Shown in pieces: positions 57,973 to 64,000 of a stretch of DNA of 64,000 bases. This stretch comes from Candidatus Goldiibacteriota bacterium HGW-Goldbacteria-1 (GTDB taxonomy: Bacteria > Oederibacteriota > PGYV01): the NCBI GenBank assembly GCA_002839855.1, contig PGYV01000006.1, positions 16,367-80,366 on the forward strand, in the 5' to 3' direction. Below the pieces are notes generated by a model. That model saw nothing but the letters and a program-made list of their open reading frames with translations, ran no database searches and was not told the DNA's origin. Each line of letters starts with the position of its first letter. The first letter of the stretch is position 1. The position numbers were made by a program, and so were the translations under genes.

Positions 57973-58955
57973 TGTCGGAATTCCGTAAGGATCCGCTAAG
58001 CAATCGGTGGATAATCACACTGGATGACAAGACTTTCATCCCCACAACCGGCAGGGCATTGCCTGCAGACCTTCCTGAAAAGGACGAAAACTGTCCTTTT
58101 TGTCCGGGCAATGAAGATAAAGCCGGCAAAGAAATATACAAAGTGGATTCTGCCAAGGGCGAATGGGCCATACGGGTGGTTCCTAATAACAATCCTTACC
58201 TTCAGATAGAGACACAGCTTAAGAAAAAAGGCGACACCATATATGATATCATTGCCGGCACAGGGGCTAACGAGGTAATAATAGAAACCCCGCTTCACAA
58301 TGGCGGCTTTGATAACATTTCGCAGGAGCAAGCCGCGGAAATTATCAAGGTTTACAGGGCAAGAATGTTAGACCTTTTAAAGGATGACCGCCTTGAATAC
58401 ATCCTTATCTTTAAAAACAAGGGCTCTCGCGCTGGGGCAAACCTTGTGCATCCGCATTCCCAGTTAATGGCAATGCCTGTAATTCCAAAGACAATTTCAG
58501 ACGAGATGACAGAAGCAGAGCAGTATTATAAATTCAAAACCCGCTGCCCTTTCTGTGATACGCTGGAAGCGGAGCTTTCCTCGCGCTTAAGGCTTATAAA
58601 AGAGAGCGAAAACTTTGTAAGCTTTGTCCCGTTTGCTTCAAGGACGCCTTTTGAAGTCTGGATAATGCCAAAACATCACACAAGCCATTTCTACACCATA
58701 AACGACGCCATGTCGGCGGAACTGGGCGCCCTGTTAAAAGATTCCATTTCAAGGGTCAACAAGGCCCTAAATCACCCGCCTTACAACTACATGATACACA
58801 CCGCTCCGGCAAAATCACCGGAAATTCCTTTCTTCCACTGGCACATAGAAATTCTGCCAAGGGTTAAAAGTATTGCCGGGTTTGAATGGGGAAGCGGTTT
58901 TTACATTAATCCCACACTGCCGGAAGAGTCCGCGGAATACTTAAGGGGGCTTTAA
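57972..58955 (+). CDS. galT: galactose-1-phosphate uridylyltransferase family (HIT-like, COG1085)
   Basis: The zinc site CPFCPGNE and the HIT-like HPHSQLMA are present. The second half carries CPFCD and HWHIEILPR. Confidence 0.75.
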   Translation: MSEFRKDPLSNRWIITLDDKTFIPTTGRALPADLPEKDENCPFCPGNEDKAGKEIYKVDSAKGEWAIRVVPNNNPYLQIETQLKKKGDTIYDIIAGTGANEVIIETPLHNGGFDNISQEQAAEIIKVYRARMLDLLKDDRLEYILIFKNKGSRAGANLVHPHSQLMAMPVIPKTISDEMTEAEQYYKFKTRCPFCDTLEAELSSRLRLIKESENFVSFVPFASRTPFEVWIMPKHHTSHFYTINDAMSAELGALLKDSISRVNKALNHPPYNYMIHTAPAKSPEIPFFHWHIEILPRVKSIAGFEWGSGFYINPTLPEESAEYLRGL

Positions 58956-60175
58956 TGCCTTCCGCCAAATCCGAAGACAGGATACTTACGGTATCAGAAG
59001 CCTCTGTGATTGTTAAAGAGTTACTTGAGGGCGGGCTTAATAATGTATGGATTAAAGGCGAAATATCAAATTATTCAACCCCTTCTTCAGGCCATGTTTA
59101 CTTCACCTTAAAGGATAACGACAACCAGATTAAGGTGGCGTATTTCAGGGGTGCGTCCAAATGCAATAAATTAGGGATTGAAGACGGCAAAGAAATAATG
59201 GTTTTTGGAAGGGTGTCAGCTTACGGCAAGCGTTCCGAATACCAGCTTATTGCTTCTGAAATTCAGGTAACAGGAGTTGGTGCGTTACTTGTAGAATTCG
59301 AGAAATTAAAGAAAAAACTTAGCGATAAAGCTTTATTTAAAGAAGAACATAAACGCCAAATACCTTATCCGCCTGCGCGCATCGCGATAGTGACAAGCCC
59401 TACGGGCGCCGCCATCAGGGATGTCATTAAGATTCTTAAAAAAAGATACACATCGCTTTATGTTCTTGTGTGCCCATCTTTAATGCAGGGCAACGAAGCT
59501 CCCGCGCAGATAATTAAAGCCATTAACGATATCAACGAAGACGGCAGTTTTGACGTTATCCTTTTGACACGCGGCGGCGGCTCTATGGAAGATTTATGGG
59601 CTTTTAACGACGAAAACCTGGCACACGCCATATATGATTCCAAAACACCGGTAATTTCCGCCGTAGGCCACGAAATAGACTTTACCATAGCGGATTTTGT
59701 GGCTGACATGCGCGCTCCTACGCCTTCGGGCGCCGCAGAGATGCTTGTCCCGGACACCGCGGACATTGTCCGCAGGCTTACGGTAATCAGGGACAGAATT
59801 AGTTCTTCGCTGGAATCCATTGTGGACTTAGGGCAGGAGCGGTTAACCAAACTTATGCAGAGATACGGCTTTAAAATGCCGTTTAAAATTTATGAAGACT
59901 CTTCACGGCAGCTGGATGAACTTCAAATACGGTTAAAAAAAGCGTTGTCTTACAGCGTTGAGGGCACGGAATCAAAACTTAACCTTTTAAAAGAGAAAAT
60001 GCAGCTGTTAAACCCGCTGGCAGTTTTAAAAAAAGGCTATTCTGTAGTCTATGAAACATCCACGGGAAAAGTGGTGACTGACGCGTCGCGCTTAAAAGCG
60101 GGCGATAATCTTGACATTAAAGTATTCAGCGGGCAAATAGCAGCCACTGTAGACACCATAAAAAAGAACAAATAA
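58955..60175 (+). CDS. xseA: exodeoxyribonuclease VII large subunit
   Basis: An OB-fold N-terminus reads VWIKGEISNY...GHVYFTLKD. The catalytic core reads RIAIVTSPTGAAIRD...LTRGGGSMEDLWAFNDE. Confidence 0.9.
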   Translation: MPSAKSEDRILTVSEASVIVKELLEGGLNNVWIKGEISNYSTPSSGHVYFTLKDNDNQIKVAYFRGASKCNKLGIEDGKEIMVFGRVSAYGKRSEYQLIASEIQVTGVGALLVEFEKLKKKLSDKALFKEEHKRQIPYPPARIAIVTSPTGAAIRDVIKILKKRYTSLYVLVCPSLMQGNEAPAQIIKAINDINEDGSFDVILLTRGGGSMEDLWAFNDENLAHAIYDSKTPVISAVGHEIDFTIADFVADMRAPTPSGAAEMLVPDTADIVRRLTVIRDRISSSLESIVDLGQERLTKLMQRYGFKMPFKIYEDSSRQLDELQIRLKKALSYSVEGTESKLNLLKEKMQLLNPLAVLKKGYSVVYETSTGKVVTDASRLKAGDNLDIKVFSGQIAATVDTIKKNK

Positions 60176-60202
60176 AACGGTTAATAAAACCGGGAGGTAA
60201 TA

Positions 60203-60526
60203 ATGGCAAAAAAAGCGCAGGAAGCAAAAGCGGGATTTGAAATTTTCTTAAACGAAATAGAACAGATAGTGGACAGCCTTGAATCAGGGGAGCTGTCACT
60301 TGATGACGCCATAGCACAGTATGAAAAAGGAATGGCGCTTGCGGAAAAATGTGAAAAATCACTTAAAGAAGCCAAGATGAAAATTGAAATTGTGAAAAAG
60401 AAAACTGTAAAAGGGCTGGAAACAGAAAATTTTGAAGACGGCGATGACGACGAAGATGAAAACGGCCCCGAAGATAACGACGATGATGATGACAATGACA
60501 ACAACGACGGAAAGCTTCCGTTTTAA
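60203..60526 (+). CDS. xseB: exodeoxyribonuclease VII small subunit with an acidic D/E-rich tail
   Basis: FEIFLNEIEQIVDSLESGELSLDDAIAQYEKGMAL is present. The gene position after xseA is typical. Confidence 0.85.
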   Translation: MAKKAQEAKAGFEIFLNEIEQIVDSLESGELSLDDAIAQYEKGMALAEKCEKSLKEAKMKIEIVKKKTVKGLETENFEDGDDDEDENGPEDNDDDDDNDNNDGKLPF

Positions 60527-60544
60527 ACATCAGCAGAGGATAAT

Positions 60545-61426
60545 ATGAAAAAACTATTAAATGAACTTATACAGATGACTGACGGCGCGCTTAAAGGTTA
60601 TTTATTGCCGCAAAAAGGCCACCCCGCGCGCATTTATAAAGCCATGCAGTACAGCATCTTTGCCGGCGGAAAAAGACTAAGGCCTGTTTTATGCCTTATG
60701 GCGGCCAAAGCTTGCGGCCTTTCATACAAAGACGCGCTTCCTGCGGCATGCGCGCTGGAAATGATTCATACCTATTCGCTTATTCACGACGACCTGCCGG
60801 CAATGGATAATGATGACTTGCGCAGGGGCAAACCCACCTGCCATAAAAAATTTGACGAAGCTACGGCAATTCTTGCCGGCGATGCGCTTTTAACAAAGGC
60901 ATTCGAAACCGCGTTAAGCGCTTCAGAAAATAAAAAGACATCCAAAACAGCACTTCGTGCGGCTTTAGAAATTGCCAAAGGCGCGGGCGCAGAAGGCATG
61001 GTTGGCGGACAAATGGCGGACATAGAAAACGAAGGCAAAAAACACACAAAAAAGGCGCTGTTATATATTCACGGCCATAAAACAGGGTCGTTAATAACCG
61101 CGGCAGTTACGGCAGGCGCGATACTTGCGGGCGCTGACACTAAAAAAGAAAAACTTTTCCGCGCTTTCGGCGAAAAAATAGGCCTTGCGTTCCAGATAGC
61201 CGATGACATACTTGACGAGACCGGCGATGAAAAAAAGATGGGCAAGAAGTTAAGAAAAGACAGCGGCGCCGGAAAACTGACCTGGCCCGCAGTATTCGGC
61301 CTTGATGAATCACGCAAAAAAGCTTTTAAATTACTCTTTGAAGCAAGGCAGATTTTAGGTAAAATAGGTACCGGTACAAAAGGCTTATCCGCGCTTGCGG
61401 AATTGTTTGTAAACAGAACACACTAA
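60545..61426 (+). CDS. ispA: farnesyl-diphosphate synthase (geranyltranstransferase)
   Basis: FARM LIHDDLPAMDNDDLRRGKPT and SARM FQIADDILD are present. Confidence 0.9.
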   Translation: MKKLLNELIQMTDGALKGYLLPQKGHPARIYKAMQYSIFAGGKRLRPVLCLMAAKACGLSYKDALPAACALEMIHTYSLIHDDLPAMDNDDLRRGKPTCHKKFDEATAILAGDALLTKAFETALSASENKKTSKTALRAALEIAKGAGAEGMVGGQMADIENEGKKHTKKALLYIHGHKTGSLITAAVTAGAILAGADTKKEKLFRAFGEKIGLAFQIADDILDETGDEKKMGKKLRKDSGAGKLTWPAVFGLDESRKKAFKLLFEARQILGKIGTGTKGLSALAELFVNRTH

Positions 61427-61438
61427 AGGAGATTATAA

Positions 61439-61918
61439 ATGAGTTCATTTGTTGACGGATTAAAGGACTTTTGGGATGTATTAATTGTTATAATTACCCA
61501 CAAAATATTTTATACCACTTTTATTTCGTGGTTTGCTGCGCAGTTTATTAAGTTCGCGCTTAACCTGATACTGCACCACAAAATAAATTTTCACCTGCTG
61601 GTGGGGACCGGCGGAATGCCTTCATCGCACACAGCCACCGTTATCGCGGTTACAAACGCGGTTGGAATGGATTCGGGTTATGATTCGGCGGTCTTTATGG
61701 TGGCGCTGTGCTACTGTATCGTGGTTATAAGCGACGCAATGGGCGTAAGAAGGGCTGCGGGCAAGCAGGCGGAAGTGCTTAACAAAATGATGGATGAATT
61801 CGGGCACCAGAAGTTTTCGCCGAACCGGTTAAAAGAACTGCTTGGCCATACGCCCCTTGAAGCTATTGCCGGAATTCTTATAGGGCTTTTCCTTTCCATC
61901 ATTATTTATAACTGGTAA
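61439..61918 (+). CDS. divergent PAP2/DUF212 family membrane protein (YuiD-like)
   Basis: GMPSSHTATV and ISDAMGVRRAAGKQAEVLNKM match the acid-phosphatase/vanadium-haloperoxidase-related DUF212 pattern. Confidence 0.65.
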   Translation: MSSFVDGLKDFWDVLIVIITHKIFYTTFISWFAAQFIKFALNLILHHKINFHLLVGTGGMPSSHTATVIAVTNAVGMDSGYDSAVFMVALCYCIVVISDAMGVRRAAGKQAEVLNKMMDEFGHQKFSPNRLKELLGHTPLEAIAGILIGLFLSIIIYNW

Positions 61919-61920
61919 TC

Positions 61921-63813
61921 ATGAAAAAATACACCGTTTTAAACAGGGTAAATTTACCGTCAGACATAAAAAAACTTGACGCGGCGGAATTAAACACGCT
62001 TGCCGCCGAAGTGCGTTCCTATATGACCGATGTTGTTTCGCGGACCGGCGGGCATCTTGCTTCGTCGCTTGGCGCGGTGGATGTTACCATAGCGCTTTTA
62101 AAATGTTTTGACACCCCCAACGATAAAATAATCTGGGACGTGGGCCATCAGTCATACGGTTATAAAATACTTACAGGCAGAAAGCACGCCTTTAAAACTT
62201 TAAGGCAGTACGGCGGAATTTCCGGTTTTTTAAAACGGGATGAAAGCAGATACGACGCTTTTGGCGCGGGGCACACATCCACATCCATCTCCGCGGCTAT
62301 GGGTTTTGCCACAGCCCGCGACGTAAACAATAAAAACAACTTTGTAACCGCCGTAATAGGCGACGCTTCGCTTGCAAACGGAATGGCGCTTGAAGCAATG
62401 AACCACATAGGCTCTGAAAAAACAGACATGCTTATAGTGGTTATAGACAATGAAATGTCAATTTCTCCCACGGTGGGCGCACTGTCCACACATTTAAACA
62501 GGATTATTTCCGGAAAATTCTACAACGACCTGCGCGCGTCCGCGAAAAACGTAATAGAAAAAATACCCAAAATAGGCGTCCCTGCTTCCCATGTAATCAA
62601 GCACCTTGAAGAAGGGGTTAAATCCATTTTTTCGCGCGGTATTATCTTTGAAGACCTTGGTTTTATGTGTTATGGCCCCATAGACGGGCATGATATAGAA
62701 CTTCTTTGTTTCGCCATTAACAATATGAAAATGATAAAGGGGCCAAAACTGCTTCACGTTATCACTAAAAAAGGCAAAGGGTATGAACCGGCAGAAAAAA
62801 ATCCCACGCTGTTTCACGGAATCGGCGGTTTTGACAGGGAAACAGGCGAACCTTTAAAGCCCAAAATATGCGGCACGGCTTATTCCAAAGTATTCTCTGA
62901 AAAACTTGTCAGGCTTGCTTCTAAAAACAAAAAAATAATAGCCATCGTGGCGGCAATGATAGAAGGCACCAACTTAATAAAATTTAAAGAGAAATTTCCT
63001 TCGCGTTTTTTTGACGTGGGCATAGCCGAAGAACACGCCGTAACTTTTGCGGCAGGGCTTGCGGCAGAGGGTTTTAAACCGGTTGTTGCCGTTTATTCCA
63101 CCTTTATGCAGCGGGCTTACGACCAGATAATTCACGACACGGCAATGCAGAAACTTCCCGTGATATTCGCGCTTGACCGCGCCGGCATTGTCGGCGAAGA
63201 CGGCCCCACACATCACGGCGCGTTTGACATAGCATTTATGCGTTCGGTGCCCGGTATGGTGGTAATGGCGCCTTCAGATGCCGCGGAACTTGAAAAAATG
63301 CTTGAAACTGCCGCCGCCTATAACGAAGGCCCCGTAAGCATAAGGTTCCCGCGCGGCGATTCCTGGACATTTGACGGCAACGGCAATAAACCCGTTAAAA
63401 TAGGCAGGTCAAGAACCATTAAAAAGGGCGTTTCGCTTACCGTTGTATGCCTTGGGCATCCGCTTCCGGAAGTAATTAAAGCCGCGGCGCAGGCAGAAAA
63501 AAACAGAAGGGTTTCAATAGAGATAATTGACGCGCGTTTTGCCAAACCGATTGACATCTCAACAGTTCTTGCGTCTGTTTCAAAAACAAAAAGACTTATA
63601 ACTGTGGAAGAAGGCGGTATAGAAGGCGGTTTTGGCCAGGCGTTAATATCAGGGCTTCATCAGGCGGGGCTGAATAAATTTGAATCGCATATAATTGCCA
63701 TAAAGGATTCTTTTGCGGGCCAGGGAAAAATGAGCGCCATTAAACACGACTGCGGCCTTGACAGTGCGGGCATTTTAAAAGAAATCAATAAGATGCTTTT
63801 TAAAAGCAGATAA
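61921..63813 (+). CDS. dxs: 1-deoxy-D-xylulose-5-phosphate synthase
   Basis: The TPP motifs GHQSYGYKILTGR and GDASLANGMALEAMNH are present. The transketolase-like C-terminus runs to 630 aa. Confidence 0.95.
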   Translation: MKKYTVLNRVNLPSDIKKLDAAELNTLAAEVRSYMTDVVSRTGGHLASSLGAVDVTIALLKCFDTPNDKIIWDVGHQSYGYKILTGRKHAFKTLRQYGGISGFLKRDESRYDAFGAGHTSTSISAAMGFATARDVNNKNNFVTAVIGDASLANGMALEAMNHIGSEKTDMLIVVIDNEMSISPTVGALSTHLNRIISGKFYNDLRASAKNVIEKIPKIGVPASHVIKHLEEGVKSIFSRGIIFEDLGFMCYGPIDGHDIELLCFAINNMKMIKGPKLLHVITKKGKGYEPAEKNPTLFHGIGGFDRETGEPLKPKICGTAYSKVFSEKLVRLASKNKKIIAIVAAMIEGTNLIKFKEKFPSRFFDVGIAEEHAVTFAAGLAAEGFKPVVAVYSTFMQRAYDQIIHDTAMQKLPVIFALDRAGIVGEDGPTHHGAFDIAFMRSVPGMVVMAPSDAAELEKMLETAAAYNEGPVSIRFPRGDSWTFDGNGNKPVKIGRSRTIKKGVSLTVVCLGHPLPEVIKAAAQAEKNRRVSIEIIDARFAKPIDISTVLASVSKTKRLITVEEGGIEGGFGQALISGLHQAGLNKFESHIIAIKDSFAGQGKMSAIKHDCGLDSAGILKEINKMLFKSR

Positions 63814-63828
63814 AACGGGGTTAAACTT

Positions 63829-64000
63829 ATGCTTTCGGAAATTAAAATACAGAATTACGCGCTGTTAAAAGAGGTTCGGGTGGAATTTCACCCCGGCCTG
63901 AATATTTTAACCGGCGAAACCGGCGCGGGAAAATCCATTATAATCGGCGCGCTTGACATAGCGTTAGGGGAACGCGGATACGTGGAAAACATCCGCACAG
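63829..64000 (+). CDS. recN: DNA repair protein RecN (5' partial, continues beyond window)
   Basis: MLSEIKIQNYALL...LNILTGETGAGKSIIIGAL is the Walker A of the SMC-like RecN. Confidence 0.8.
   Translation, partial: MLSEIKIQNYALLKEVRVEFHPGLNILTGETGAGKSIIIGALDIALGERGYVENIRT

Overview
The window holds 34 genes, all on the + strand, from a Gram-negative-type bacterium (TolC-like, OmpA-domain and FadL/PorV-like outer-membrane proteins). It falls into two parts.

The first ~45 kb is a glycan-degradation region. It contains nine large secreted multidomain enzymes:
- two GH5 cellulases;
- four GH9 endoglucanases, one of them frameshifted;
- one GH116-like (GBA2-type) enzyme;
- one BNR-repeat GH74-like beta-propeller enzyme;
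- the C-terminus of a DUF11 protein.

Most of the enzymes share one architecture: catalytic domain, then a carbohydrate-binding module, then a very long alternating-threonine (T-X)n region, then a ~100-aa C-terminal domain related to the T9SS/FlgD-Ig-like sorting domain. The binding modules are malectin-like 'INCGG' domains, a CBM9-like domain, and an unclassified ~150-aa domain.

The glycan region also carries a LacI regulator, a MarR-OMF-RND-RND efflux operon with no adaptor gene, a GT-C glycosyltransferase-like membrane protein, and a possible PilZ protein.

The last ~19 kb is housekeeping: murJ, sppA, a membrane PD40 beta-propeller protein, a PorV-like-barrel/OmpA fusion, an IclR regulator, a cytoplasmic GH5, tgt, yajC, galT-family, xseA, xseB, ispA, a DUF212 gene, dxs, and the start of recN.

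The intergenic regions are unusual. Nearly every gap after a big enzyme gene is a composite element. It has inverted arms of 8-15-nt tandem microrepeats whose sequence differs from locus to locus. Between the arms sit three families of conserved ~30-nt palindromic hairpins: A, TGGTAGGCGCACCTTTTAAGGTGCGGCAGTT; B, TGGTAGACGCGGGTCTTTAGCCCGCGGCAGTT; C, GTAGAGACGCAACATGTTGCGTCTCTAC. A conserved CCGTCCCTC / CCAACCATCCAA module is also present. No rRNA, tRNA or CRISPR was seen. Antisense and alternate-frame ORFs over the threonine-repeat DNA are artefacts.
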